Assembly (NCBI GenBank): GCA_965648905.1
Contig: CBFGIT010000004.1
Span: forward strand, 32,001 to 96,000
Source of the DNA: a candidate division WOR-3 bacterium
GTDB lineage: Bacteria; Hydrothermota; Tepidihabitantia; Tepidihabitantales; Tepidihabitantaceae
Direction of reading: 5' to 3'
DNA: 64,000 nucleotides
Below the pieces are notes generated by a model. That model had not been told where the DNA came from and did not search any database. It worked only from the letters and a program-made list of their open reading frames with translations. A program made the translations under genes and the position numbers. Each line of letters begins with the position of its first letter. Positions within the stretch are counted from its first letter, which is position 1. Of this stretch, positions 40,698 to 50,400 are shown piece after piece.

Positions 40698-41492
40698 TTA
40701 CTTCGTCATCGCCCTTTTCTTCCACGCGGGCGGTAGCTTCTCGATAGCATAGCGCAGGGCCGTGCGCGGCATCCGGTCCTTGCGCTTGAGGACGAACTCC
40801 AGCACCTCACGCGGACGACGGTTGCTGATTTCCTTGAGCAGCCAGCCATAGCCTTTCTGCACCATGTCGTCTTGGTCGAGCAGCAGGATGTCTGCGGTCT
40901 CGTATGCCGTGTCGAGGTAGAGCTCGCGCCGGGCAGGCAGAATCATCGCCACGGCCGAAGCGCGGCGCAGCCAGCGGTTCTTCGACTTTGCCCAGGCCTG
41001 CACCTTGGGCAGAAACTCGGGAAAGCGAAGCAGGAACTCGCCCAGCGGGCCGCAGCAGAGCGTATCACACGCGGCCCAGTTGGAGACATGGAGCTTGAGC
41101 CAGCGTTCAAGCATCCTGAAGTCCGAAGGCTCGAACTTGGCGGCGAGTCGGCCCGCCCAACTGAAAGCGATGCCGTGTTCCTCGAACTTCACCGCGGGAG
41201 ATGACCGCGAAAGCGGGGACAGTCCCAAAGAGCGCGAGGACGCGCGGTACAGTCCCCGCTTTCGCGAGCCGCTGTGCAGCATCTCGCATAGCTCGAACAC
41301 TTCACGCTTGGGCAGGTCTTTGACCTGCCTGAAGTACTTCTGGGAAATGCGGCGCACGTCCGCGGTCTTCACGCCGTATACTTCTATCGGCTCCTTGAAG
41401 AACCGCTGGATGGACTCGCGGTACTTGGCGTCCGCTGCTGCCTCAAGCTCCCGCCTGATTGCCGCGACCAGCGCGCAGGTCTGCTGTCTCAT
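40698..41492 (-). CDS. DNA alkylation repair protein (AlkD-like)
   Basis: SNWAACD, WAKSKNRWLRRAS, DMVQKGYGWLLKE and RTALRYAIEK motifs. Confidence 0.9.
   Translation of the reverse strand: MRQQTCALVAAIRRELEAAADAKYRESIQRFFKEPIEVYGVKTADVRRISQKYFRQVKDLPKREVFELCEMLHSGSRKRGLYRASSRSLGLSPLSRSSPAVKFEEHGIAFSWAGRLAAKFEPSDFRMLERWLKLHVSNWAACDTLCCGPLGEFLLRFPEFLPKVQAWAKSKNRWLRRASAVAMILPARRELYLDTAYETADILLLDQDDMVQKGYGWLLKEISNRRPREVLEFVLKRKDRMPRTALRYAIEKLPPAWKKRAMTK
41206..41266. repeat. In-frame palindromic insertion in AlkD-like gene
   Basis: Perfect 15-bp inverted repeat CGCGAAAGCGGGGAC / GTCCCCGCTTTCGCG with an inner GCGCG-AGGA-CGCGC hairpin. Confidence 0.85.
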
Positions 41493-41507
41493 CTTCTTGT
41501 GTCTCTC

Positions 41508-43733
41508 CTAGTGTGCTGACTTGATTACCTCGACCGCCTGCTCGATGTACTCGTCGCGGCCCTCGCGCACCGCGTTCAGGGTCCGCTCCAGCGGGATGGT
41601 GGGCTGGATGCCGATGAGATGATGCTGCGAACCGTCGAACTTCGTGACCTTCATACCGGTCCAGAAGAAACGGTAGCCGCCCGGCAGAGCTATGGGATTG
41701 ACGTTGCCGTTAGTCCCTGCGGTCGGCTCGCCCACGATCTCTGCCAGCTTGAACCCCTCGATATAGCCCATGAAGCTTTCCGCATACGACACCGCAGTAG
41801 CGTTGGTAAGAAACACGACCTTGCCGTTGATGTGAGGCTGTTTGGGCTCAAGAGAGCTCCAACCCATCCCGTCCCAGCCGGCGATGCGCTCGCGGTCAGG
41901 GTAGACAATCTGAGGAGTCCACATCCATTTCTCGCCGCGCTGTTCCTTGCCGGTGAGCAGGTGAGAGATGACGTCATGGTTGGAGTTCGGGTGGCCGCGC
42001 AGGTCAAACACCACGCCCTTGGCCTTGGCCAGCTTGTCCATCACCGAGTCAATCTCCTCCATTGTGGCGCGGTTCAGGTCAACGTACCAGATGCCATCTT
42101 CGAGCAGGCGCATGCTGTCGCCCCAATCCGGCGCAAGCAGCCTCCTTGTCATCTGGACCGCTGTGCCGGACACGGCCGCAGTATCATCTCCACGGACCAC
42201 GAGGAACCGGAACGTATCGCCAACCGGACCCCTCAGCGTCCGCCGGACACTGCTGATTCTGCGGCGCTGGGGCGACCCGGAAGTGACCCGCAGCCCTTCA
42301 GCAATCGCCTCCTGGATAGGTCTCCCATTTACCTCCAGAACCTCATCACCCCTGCGCAGACCAGACTCGCTGTCGGCAGCAATGACCACGACCCTGCCTT
42401 CTACCAGTTCGAGCCAGGCGGGGACTTGCCCCCAGGTCCGCGTAGCCGGGTCATCCACAGTTGCGTGTCCATCATGGAGTGCCGCGGCCATCAAACGCAA
42501 TGTGTGGAGGAAATCGGCCTGGTCTTTGTCGGCAAGCGCACGCTCGAGCGCGGAGGTCAATTCCGAGTCCCAGTCCGTCGGGACCACATCGAAGTAGGGA
42601 TAGAAGTGCTGCAGGACACTCCAGACAATGACCACATCGGCCAGGCGCAGGTCCTGATCTCGGGGCGTGAGCGCGGCAACGTCAATCGCCTCCAGTTCGG
42701 CCTTGAGCCGGGTGAACTCCTCGGCATCGGCGCGGGGCAGGGTGTGTTCGCCATCGGAATGAACTGCAAGCGGCACGCGGCTGAACAGGCCGGGCGCGAT
42801 TTCCTTGTCCACCGACTCGCCAGGCCGCAGATGAACAGCGTCTAGGAATGCGTTGGGGTCGGTCTCAATCATCAGGCACTGCTTGCCGCGAAACGGGCCT
42901 TGGGTCGTGAGGCTCGGTCGGGCACCCGAAGTAGACGCACTCCAGTGCGGCGAATCGTCGAAAGGGGTCTCGGATTCAAAACCCGGGTCTTCGAGTCTGT
43001 CGGGAACCCACTCGCCGTTCTCGTCCCGCACCGCGAGCTCGAACTCATCAGCCCAGAGTATGCCTGCCCCGCCGCCGTAACATCCTATGCCCAGCATCTG
43101 GCAGTCCTCCGGCACTCGGGCCGTTGCGCTGTACTGCTGCCACTCGGTGGAAGTAATCGGAACCGCGACCAGATTCTTGAGCAGCGCATACGGCGGCTGC
43201 GAACTGAGCCAGAGGCCGGGCAGGTCGGTCTGGTCCGGACAATCGGTCCGTGCGTAGACTGAGACCCTCACCTCTTTGCCGGCGTAACGGTCGCTGAGGA
43301 CCTCCTGGAATACCAACCGGGCCTTGGCGCAATCCGGTGACCATCGGCCCGGACGATGGCTGCGATAGATCAGGTGCTCATGATGCAGACCGACGCCGTG
43401 ATGATTCCAGTGCACGGTCTTCAGGCCGCTCACAGGCCCGGGATGGGGAAACGGAGAAGGACTTTCGTCTGCGCCGTACAACTGAAGCGTGGGAGCTATC
43501 GGACGGAACAGGCTTTCGAGCGCGGCTCGCAGCTCAGTGGGACTCTCCGCCTGCTTCACCTTATGCGAACCCAGGATGGCGAACCGGTCCCAGTCAATCT
43601 CGCTCGCCTCGTCACTCGGGTGAAAGAAACGGACGTAGCCGTACAGCTTGGCAAACGCCCGCAGATTCGCAACCGTGCCGTTCTGGCTCGCATCACCGGC
43701 CGCGGCCTGGCCTGTTACCACCTTCTCTTTCAT
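41508..43733 (-). CDS. S41 family peptidase with PDZ-like and carbohydrate-binding-like insert
   Basis: LYGYVRFFHPS, FDLRGHP, AVSYAES and GEPTAGTNGN motifs. Confidence 0.88.
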   Translation of the reverse strand: MKEKVVTGQAAAGDASQNGTVANLRAFAKLYGYVRFFHPSDEASEIDWDRFAILGSHKVKQAESPTELRAALESLFRPIAPTLQLYGADESPSPFPHPGPVSGLKTVHWNHHGVGLHHEHLIYRSHRPGRWSPDCAKARLVFQEVLSDRYAGKEVRVSVYARTDCPDQTDLPGLWLSSQPPYALLKNLVAVPITSTEWQQYSATARVPEDCQMLGIGCYGGGAGILWADEFELAVRDENGEWVPDRLEDPGFESETPFDDSPHWSASTSGARPSLTTQGPFRGKQCLMIETDPNAFLDAVHLRPGESVDKEIAPGLFSRVPLAVHSDGEHTLPRADAEEFTRLKAELEAIDVAALTPRDQDLRLADVVIVWSVLQHFYPYFDVVPTDWDSELTSALERALADKDQADFLHTLRLMAAALHDGHATVDDPATRTWGQVPAWLELVEGRVVVIAADSESGLRRGDEVLEVNGRPIQEAIAEGLRVTSGSPQRRRISSVRRTLRGPVGDTFRFLVVRGDDTAAVSGTAVQMTRRLLAPDWGDSMRLLEDGIWYVDLNRATMEEIDSVMDKLAKAKGVVFDLRGHPNSNHDVISHLLTGKEQRGEKWMWTPQIVYPDRERIAGWDGMGWSSLEPKQPHINGKVVFLTNATAVSYAESFMGYIEGFKLAEIVGEPTAGTNGNVNPIALPGGYRFFWTGMKVTKFDGSQHHLIGIQPTIPLERTLNAVREGRDEYIEQAVEVIKSAH

Positions 43734-43745
43734 ATATCCTCCACT

Positions 43746-46700
43746 TCAGGGCCGACTCTCCTTCGGCCCGCCAGTCGTCTCCAACTCCCTCAGCCGGCTT
43801 TTGAGCATCTTGTTATCGGGATGGCGATCGAGCGCGTCCTGGCAAGCGCTCAGGGCATCAGCTCTCTTTCCGTTCGCCAGGTATGCCTCAATCAACGTAT
43901 CCCAGATGTTGGGGTCGTCCGAGAGTTCGATGGCACGCAGGGCGTACTTGAGGGCGAGCTTTGCGTTGACTTGGGACACAATCCCAATCCCTCGACGGGA
44001 TTGGGTTATGTCCCGCGTCGTGGCGAGGTTCCATGCGATGCCGTTGAGTTTGCCCGCGAGTTCGGCCCGCGCCCTTGCGTGCTTCGGGAAACGGACAAGG
44101 AACGCTTCGTAACGGGGAAGCTGGACCGAATCCGGCTCGCCCCGCACCGAGTCGGTCATCGCCGTGTAGGCGCGGAAGGCGTCGGCATTGGCCTTGATGT
44201 CGATGGAATCCTTGTGCGTGTCGAACCACTTCTGCCACCTGGCCTGCACGTAGCGCTCGGAGTCCGGCAGGTCGAACCCGGCATAGGCCGAGATGTAGTT
44301 CGGCACGTTCCGGTCGTAGTTGTAGAAGGCGTCTATCGATGGGAACGAGAGCGAGTTGATGAGCATCTGGATGCCCTCGACCTGATAGAGCTGGCAGAGC
44401 GCCCTGCCGCAGGCGCGCTGGAGGTAGACGTCATAGGTCTTTGCGGCTTCGCGCAGGTACTCGACCGCGTCCGGGTTGCCGAGGTTGCCCATCGCGTCGG
44501 CCGCGGCGCAGCGCACCGACGATGCCTTGTCCTCGGCCAGCACCCAGCGCAGCAGGGCCAGCACCTCGCCGCTTGGCCGCACCTTGCCGACGAGCGTCAC
44601 GGCCACGCGCCGAACGTCCTCGGACGTATCCTCGGTCGCAAGCTTGCGGGCGATAGGCAGTGCCTTCACCGATTCCAGCCGCAACAGCGACCGCAAGGCA
44701 AACCTGCGCACCTGCGCGTTGCTGTCTGTGCTCGCCGCCTCGACCAGCGCATCCTCTGCCCCGCGCAGCTTCCAGAGCCCAAGGTCGTCGGCAATGATGA
44801 GCCTGACTTCGGCGTCGCGTGCCTTCAGCAGTGGCAGGACATCGGGGAGTTGCCTGTCACCGATGTCGCCCTGCACGAACCAGTGGTGCAGACACTCCAT
44901 CAGGTCGCGGTTGTAGTCCCGGTCGTATGACGTACCAAGGAAACCGACCAAGTGAGGTAACGCGCTGACCCCGAGTCGCGCGATGTCTCCAATCACGCCG
45001 AATCGCGCGAGTGCGGCCGGGTTGTTTAGCCTGCGGGTTGCAGCAACCGCTTCGAGCGACGGCAGTGCATCCACGTGGCGTTGTCGCACAAGCGGCTGTC
45101 GCACGTCGCGAATTAGGTCGCCACCGTTCCACTCCATGTCGAGATGGACGCCGTGACCGAAGCTGTGGGTCTCCGAGTTGTTAGCGCGGTTGCGGACCTT
45201 GTAGTCGTCGTTGCCGCCGAGGTCGAGACAGATAGCATAGGGCCACAGGTTCGGGTCAGACTCGGGCCAGACACCGCCGAAGCTGTGCCAGTCGTTCATC
45301 AGGATTGCCCCTTTGGGCCGGTCGCAGATGTACTGGTCGTCGCCCTTGTAGTCGATGAAGAGCGAGTAGGAGAACGGCTTGCAGCCCGTGCCGTAGGACG
45401 ATGTCGCGGACTTGTAGATGTCGTTCCCCTCGTAGTCTATCAGGAAACCGGGTGAGCGGTCGCTGCCTGAGCCGCCGGCTCGGAATCCGCCCTCGTATAC
45501 GTCGTCGCCCTTCTTGTCGATGAGGATGGCGTTGGTGACGTGGATGCCCGAGCCCTGGCCGGTGCCGCACTTGTAGTGGTCGTTGCCCTCGTTGTCGATC
45601 AGCGCGCCCAAGGACATGATGTAGGAGCCGCCCTGCGAGCACCAGCCGTTGCTCAAGTAGTCGTCGTTGCCATTGTTGTCCACGAGCAGGCCGACGCCGC
45701 CGTAGGCGACGAGCTTCTTCTCCCACGGATACGCGCGGAACGAGAGCGCGCCGCCCTGACCGTAGCCCGGCAGACCACCCATTGCGTCCTTGGTCGTATC
45801 GACTGCCAGCCGATACTTGTCATTGCCCTCCAAGTCAGAGAGAATGCCCAAGCCGAGCGTCGTTGCCGAACCTTGTCCCATCGATGCACAGTCGTAGACG
45901 TCGTCGCCCGAATCGTCCAGCATCATGCCGAGGCCGAACATGCCTGCGCCCTGGCAGAACGTGTGCGCGCTGAAGGAGTCATTGCCGGCCTTGTCCCACA
46001 GTATGCCGACGCCAAGGATGCCTGCACCCTGCGAGAAATGCTTGGCCTTGTACACGTCGTTGCCGGCAAGGTCCACAAGCATGCCGACGCCGAGGAACCC
46101 AAAGCCCTGGACGTAGCTTGAGTTAGGCGCATCGTAGCGGTCGTTGCCCGCGTGGTCGATGCACACCGCGACTCCGCCGCTGCGGTTGGTAGCGCCAGCG
46201 TTGTTCAAGTAGGCGTCGTCGCCGCCGAGGTCAATGAGCAGCGCTGCGTTTGCGACATGCCGGTCGTTGCCGAACCCGGCAATCCGGACCCGGCCAAACG
46301 GCATCTCAATGACCGTGACGCTGCGAGATCTTCCGGTATCAACGTAGCAATCTGTCGCTTGCCAGCCTGCAGTAGCCTTGACGTATCGGTTCACCGCCGA
46401 AGCAACTTCCAGCGATGCGGAGAGAACCTCCTCGATTCTAACCTGCCGGGCGCGACCGATGAACTCAAGCTGGCTGTCGAAGTTGCCGGTCAGCTCTGCC
46501 ATCCGCTTGCCGTCAGGAGCCAGATACCGGCCTGGATTGACGAAGAAGTAGTCCGCACCCTTGCCCAGCGTCCGTCGGACATTGGACACCTTTCGTTCGG
46601 CTGGCAGTATCGCCATGCACATCCGCTCAACCTCGGCCCGGTACTTGTCGGTGAACACTCGTCCCATGGGTTCGAGTGACACCCGGACATCACCGGCGAC

Positions 46701-47096
46701 GCTCCAGGATGTGACCGAGCCCGTCAACATGCTCACGCCGCTTCGCACCGCCGTCAGTCCGTCCTGCCGGTGTCCGGTGCAGAGCGTCTCCGAGGTCTCC
46801 TCGGCCCACTGCTTCATGTAGAGCGGGCGGTTGGAGACGTAGTCGATGATGGGGAAGCGGCAGCAGTAGCGGTAGCCGCCTTCCCAGCCGCGCGGGAGTT
46901 CGACGTTGCGGACGTCGAGGCCGATGCGCGCGCCCGCGTAGTCTAGCGGGTTGCCGATGGACTCCGCCACGATGGACACCGGTCTCGGGTCCTGGTCGAA
47001 CCACGTCTCCGGGCCGTATTGCTGCACCGGCCCGGCCCACGCCGTCAGCAGAAGAGCGGCGAAGCAGCAGGTTCGGGCCCAATGCTTCACGGTCAT
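43746..47096 (-). CDS. Secreted protein with D..G(N/D)D.Y repeats, HEAT repeats and C-terminal TPR-like segment
   Basis: Many LID..GND.Y / SQG.G repeats; VRR.A..LG HEAT units; TATAAT 7 nt before ATG 47096. Confidence 0.8.
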   Translation of the reverse strand: MTVKHWARTCCFAALLLTAWAGPVQQYGPETWFDQDPRPVSIVAESIGNPLDYAGARIGLDVRNVELPRGWEGGYRYCCRFPIIDYVSNRPLYMKQWAEETSETLCTGHRQDGLTAVRSGVSMLTGSVTSWSVAGDVRVSLEPMGRVFTDKYRAEVERMCMAILPAERKVSNVRRTLGKGADYFFVNPGRYLAPDGKRMAELTGNFDSQLEFIGRARQVRIEEVLSASLEVASAVNRYVKATAGWQATDCYVDTGRSRSVTVIEMPFGRVRIAGFGNDRHVANAALLIDLGGDDAYLNNAGATNRSGGVAVCIDHAGNDRYDAPNSSYVQGFGFLGVGMLVDLAGNDVYKAKHFSQGAGILGVGILWDKAGNDSFSAHTFCQGAGMFGLGMMLDDSGDDVYDCASMGQGSATTLGLGILSDLEGNDKYRLAVDTTKDAMGGLPGYGQGGALSFRAYPWEKKLVAYGGVGLLVDNNGNDDYLSNGWCSQGGSYIMSLGALIDNEGNDHYKCGTGQGSGIHVTNAILIDKKGDDVYEGGFRAGGSGSDRSPGFLIDYEGNDIYKSATSSYGTGCKPFSYSLFIDYKGDDQYICDRPKGAILMNDWHSFGGVWPESDPNLWPYAICLDLGGNDDYKVRNRANNSETHSFGHGVHLDMEWNGGDLIRDVRQPLVRQRHVDALPSLEAVAATRRLNNPAALARFGVIGDIARLGVSALPHLVGFLGTSYDRDYNRDLMECLHHWFVQGDIGDRQLPDVLPLLKARDAEVRLIIADDLGLWKLRGAEDALVEAASTDSNAQVRRFALRSLLRLESVKALPIARKLATEDTSEDVRRVAVTLVGKVRPSGEVLALLRWVLAEDKASSVRCAAADAMGNLGNPDAVEYLREAAKTYDVYLQRACGRALCQLYQVEGIQMLINSLSFPSIDAFYNYDRNVPNYISAYAGFDLPDSERYVQARWQKWFDTHKDSIDIKANADAFRAYTAMTDSVRGEPDSVQLPRYEAFLVRFPKHARARAELAGKLNGIAWNLATTRDITQSRRGIGIVSQVNAKLALKYALRAIELSDDPNIWDTLIEAYLANGKRADALSACQDALDRHPDNKMLKSRLRELETTGGPKESRP
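43973..44014. repeat. In-frame 42-bp palindrome
   Basis: GGGACACAATCCCAATCCC-TCGAC-GGGATTGGGTTATGTCCC. Confidence 0.75.
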
Positions 47097-47177
47097 CGCT
47101 ATGATTATACTGCCTTTGCGGCCCGTGCAAACCCGCACATCCTTGACCAACTGCCGGTTTCGGCCATACTTGCGGCC

Positions 47178-47507
47178 GTGAGAACCGTTGCCTTGCTGCT
47201 CGTTTCCAACATCTTCATGACCTTTGCCTGGTACGGCCACCTGAAGTACAAAAGCTCTCCCCTATGGATTGCCGTGCTGGCGAGCTGGGGCATTGCCTTT
47301 GTCGAGTACTGTTTCCAGGTTCCAGCCAACCGGCTCGGGTATGGCCAGTTCACCGGAGCCCAGCTCAAGACCATCCAGGAAGTTATCACTCTTGTTGTCT
47401 TCGCGGTTTTCTCGGTAACCTACCTGAAGGAGCAGTTCCGCTGGAACTACCTGGTCGGGTTTGCCCTGATTGCGGTGGCTGTTTTCTTCGTCTTCCACAA
47501 GTGGTAG
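47178..47507 (+). CDS. DMT superfamily protein (DUF486-like)
   Basis: SNIFMTFAWYGHLK, EYCFQVPANRLG and QLKTIQEVITL motifs; TTGACC-N16-CATACT 7 nt before GTG. Confidence 0.92.
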   Translation: MRTVALLLVSNIFMTFAWYGHLKYKSSPLWIAVLASWGIAFVEYCFQVPANRLGYGQFTGAQLKTIQEVITLVVFAVFSVTYLKEQFRWNYLVGFALIAVAVFFVFHKW

Positions 47508-47551
47508 CCCAGATAGTTGACTTCCCTGCCTCACCGCTCTAGCATCACGTG

Positions 47552-47953
47552 ATGGACTACCGCCTGTTGTCGGTCTTCGCCCTTGTGCTTTGGGGGGCGT
47601 GGGGCTTTCTGGCCAAGACCATCTCGGGTCGAGTTTCGCCGCAGGGGCTTGCGTTCTGGAGCACGGTCGCCACGGTTGTGCCGGTCGCGGTCTTCGCGTT
47701 CACCGACACCACCGGCAAATGGACCCGGCCGCATCCGCTGGCGCTCGGTTCCGGTCTCGCCTATGGACTCGCCCTGGTATTCTTCTTCCTCGCGCTACGC
47801 CGCGGCCCGGCATCAGTGGTCGTGCCGCTGTCGGGCATGTACATCGTCGTGCCGGCGGTGCTGGGCTATGTCGTTCTCAAAGAACAGCTCAGCCTGTCTC
47901 ATCTTCTCGGCCTGGTCTGTGCCGGACTGGCGGTTCTTTTCCTGAGCCTGTAG
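47552..47953 (+). CDS. EamA-like small transporter
   Basis: WGAWGFLAK, ALRRGPASVVVPL and LKEQLS motifs; TTGACT-N17-TAGCAT 6 nt before ATG. Confidence 0.87.
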   Translation: MDYRLLSVFALVLWGAWGFLAKTISGRVSPQGLAFWSTVATVVPVAVFAFTDTTGKWTRPHPLALGSGLAYGLALVFFFLALRRGPASVVVPLSGMYIVVPAVLGYVVLKEQLSLSHLLGLVCAGLAVLFLSL

Positions 47954-47966
47954 GGCCTGCGTTCAT

Positions 47967-47994
47967 TTGACAACGTTGTTCGAGATGCTAACAT
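47967..47994 (+). promoter_or_regulatory. Promoter for the selenium-linked cluster
   Basis: TTGACA-N16-TAACAT with extended TG. Confidence 0.65.
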
Positions 47995-48250
47995 GAAACC
48001 GTGATTCTCGCGCTGCTGAGGTGCGTACCGTGACTCCGGCCTTGAGCCGGGGCCGTGCGCCCTGGAGACCGAAGACCCACCAGCGCCACAACCGTTTCCT
48101 CATCACAATCACCAAACCAGGCAGATGACCACCGAGCATTGTGCCGGCGGTACGCCGGTTGATCGCGTAGTATCTGTTCCAAACACAGACCGTGCGCCTT
48201 CGGGCGCTGGCAAGACAGGTAGCAAGCAAACATGACCTCAGGAGAAGACT

Positions 48251-49042
48251 ATGCAGAAGCGATACGACTACACCGGTAAGGACGTCCAGGACGTTTACGA
48301 CGGCCCGGGCGGCCTGCTGTGGGAAGCAGTGATGTCCGAGCAGATTCACTCGGGCAAGGATGAAGTGACCGACCGGATGGCAGTAGCCGTGGGCCTGAAA
48401 CCGGGCATGCACGTCCTGGACGTGTGCTCGGCTTTGGGCGCGCCGGCCCGGCACATCGCCAAGAAGTACGGCGTCAAGGTGACCGGGCTCGATTTCACCA
48501 AGACCATGCTCACCAAAGCCATCGAACGGACCAAGGCGGCCGGACTCGACCACCTGGTCAATTTCGTCGAAGGTAACGCTATGGACATGCCGTTCAAGAA
48601 GGAAACCTTTGACGTGGTCTGGGGCCAGGAAGCGTGGTGCTACGTCACCGACAAAGACCAGCTCATGTTCGAGGCGGCCCGCGTCTTGAAGCCGGGCGGG
48701 AAGATCATCTTCACCGACTGGGTCATCACCGGCAAGGTAGACGAGCCGCTGCTCGCCAAACTGTACGAGTCGATGGCGTTTCCGTATATGGAGACCCTCG
48801 AAGGCTGGGCTGACCTGATGAAGAAACACGGTCTGAAGGTTATCGAAGTGAAAGACCAGACCGACGAGTACGCGAAGTGCTTTGACGAGTACAAGAAGAT
48901 GGTCGAGGTGGACCTGAAGCCGACCATCGTCAAGAACTTCGGCGAAGAGCTCTTCGGTTTCGCGACCGGGCTCGTGAACCTGTGGCGCGATGCGGCCCAC
49001 GCGCACAAGGTCGGTCGCGGCTGGTATATGGGCCAGAAGTAG
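48251..49042 (+). CDS. Class I SAM-dependent methyltransferase
   Basis: VLDVCSALGAPA, FDVVWGQEAWCY and RVLKPGG motifs. Confidence 0.88.
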   Translation: MQKRYDYTGKDVQDVYDGPGGLLWEAVMSEQIHSGKDEVTDRMAVAVGLKPGMHVLDVCSALGAPARHIAKKYGVKVTGLDFTKTMLTKAIERTKAAGLDHLVNFVEGNAMDMPFKKETFDVVWGQEAWCYVTDKDQLMFEAARVLKPGGKIIFTDWVITGKVDEPLLAKLYESMAFPYMETLEGWADLMKKHGLKVIEVKDQTDEYAKCFDEYKKMVEVDLKPTIVKNFGEELFGFATGLVNLWRDAAHAHKVGRGWYMGQK

Positions 49043-49046
49043 AGCT

Positions 49047-49099
49047 GCGGCCAAGCAGGGCGCGGAGCGGGATGGCGACCCGCGCTCTGCCTGGGCCGT
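49047..49099. other. Intergenic stem-loop
   Basis: GCGGCCAAGCAGGGCGCGG pairs imperfectly with CCGCGCTCTGCCTGGGCCGT. Confidence 0.55.
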
Positions 49100-49117
49100 G
49101 AACGAACAGGAGCACAC

Positions 49118-50389
49118 ATGTCTGCACACAGGGCTGTCCTGCAGGAACTCGGTTTGAACCTTGAGCTGCATGATGAGGTGCTGAAGTACATCGACCGGAC
49201 TTTTCAGCAGACGGTCGGTGCGCAGCATGGCCGACCCGAAGGAATCGCCTACTTCGACCAAGTGCTGCACGAGTCCCACGGCGGCCGGGTGGCCGAGCTG
49301 GTCGAACAGAAGAAGAGAGGCAGGAAGACCGTGGGCACGTTCTGCATCTACGTGCCCGAGGAACTGGCCATGGCCGCGAACACCGTGCCGGTCGCCCTGT
49401 GCGGCGGAACCCAGTTCTCGGTGCCGCATGCGGAGAAGATGTTCCCGCGCGACATCTGCCCGCTCATCAAGTCCACGCTCGGGCTGGCCTTTTCTAAGAC
49501 CTGTCCGTACGGGCCGCTCAAGAGTTTGGCCGTGGGCGAGACGACCTGCGATGCCAAGAAGAAGACCTGGGAAATCCTTGCCGGCAAGGTGAACTTCCAC
49601 GTCATGGAGCTGCCACAGAAGAAGGACGCAATCGACTTCGAGCTCTGGCGCAACGCAGTGCGGGAGTTCCAGTCGAAGCTGGAAGACCTGTCCGGCACCA
49701 AGGTCACCAAAGAAGCGCTGGGCGAGTCGATTCGGGTCATGAACAACAAGCGCCGGGCTTTGCAGGAGCTGGCCGAGCTGCGCAAGACCAGCCCGCCGCC
49801 GATTTCCGGGCTCGATGCTTTAGTCGTGATGCAGGCAGCACTGTCGGATGAACCGGTGCGCTTCACTGCGGCCGTGAATCGGCTCAACGCCGAGCTGGTG
49901 CAGCGACGGGAAGACGGATTCTCGCCGGTCGCCAGGAATGCAAGGCGGATAATGATTGCCGGCTGCCCTTCGGTGATGGGCAACTGGAAAGTCCACTCGC
50001 TCATTGAGCAGTCCGGTGCGGTCATCGTCCATGACGAAACCTGCACCGGCTCGCGTTACTTCGAGCACCTGATCGACGAGACCGCCCGAGACCTTGAAGG
50101 TCAGGTGAATGCCGTTGCCGACCGGTACATGAAGATCGACTGCGCCTGTTTCACGCCCAACAAGGAGCGCATCGATTCGGTGGTGCAGAAGGCAAAGGAG
50201 TACAACGTCCAGGGCGTCGTGCAGTACGTGCTTCAGACCTGCCACGGTTACAATATCGAAGCGATGCGCGTCGAAGCAGCGCTAAAGGCGGCAAACGTGC
50301 CAAGTCTGAAAATCGTCACCGACTACTCGGAAGAAGACGCGGGGCAGTTGCGCACGCGGATCGAGGCGTTTGTCGAGCAACTCGGCTAG
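49118..50389 (+). CDS. Double-cubane-cluster protein (2-hydroxyacyl-CoA dehydratase superfamily)
   Basis: GTFCIYVPEE, LCGG, RDICPLIKS, GETTCDAKKK, ETCTGSRYF, IDCACFTPN, QTCH and GQLRTRIEAF motifs. Confidence 0.85.
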   Translation: MSAHRAVLQELGLNLELHDEVLKYIDRTFQQTVGAQHGRPEGIAYFDQVLHESHGGRVAELVEQKKRGRKTVGTFCIYVPEELAMAANTVPVALCGGTQFSVPHAEKMFPRDICPLIKSTLGLAFSKTCPYGPLKSLAVGETTCDAKKKTWEILAGKVNFHVMELPQKKDAIDFELWRNAVREFQSKLEDLSGTKVTKEALGESIRVMNNKRRALQELAELRKTSPPPISGLDALVVMQAALSDEPVRFTAAVNRLNAELVQRREDGFSPVARNARRIMIAGCPSVMGNWKVHSLIEQSGAVIVHDETCTGSRYFEHLIDETARDLEGQVNAVADRYMKIDCACFTPNKERIDSVVQKAKEYNVQGVVQYVLQTCHGYNIEAMRVEAALKAANVPSLKIVTDYSEEDAGQLRTRIEAFVEQLG

Positions 50390-50400
50390 GAGGTCTTGTC

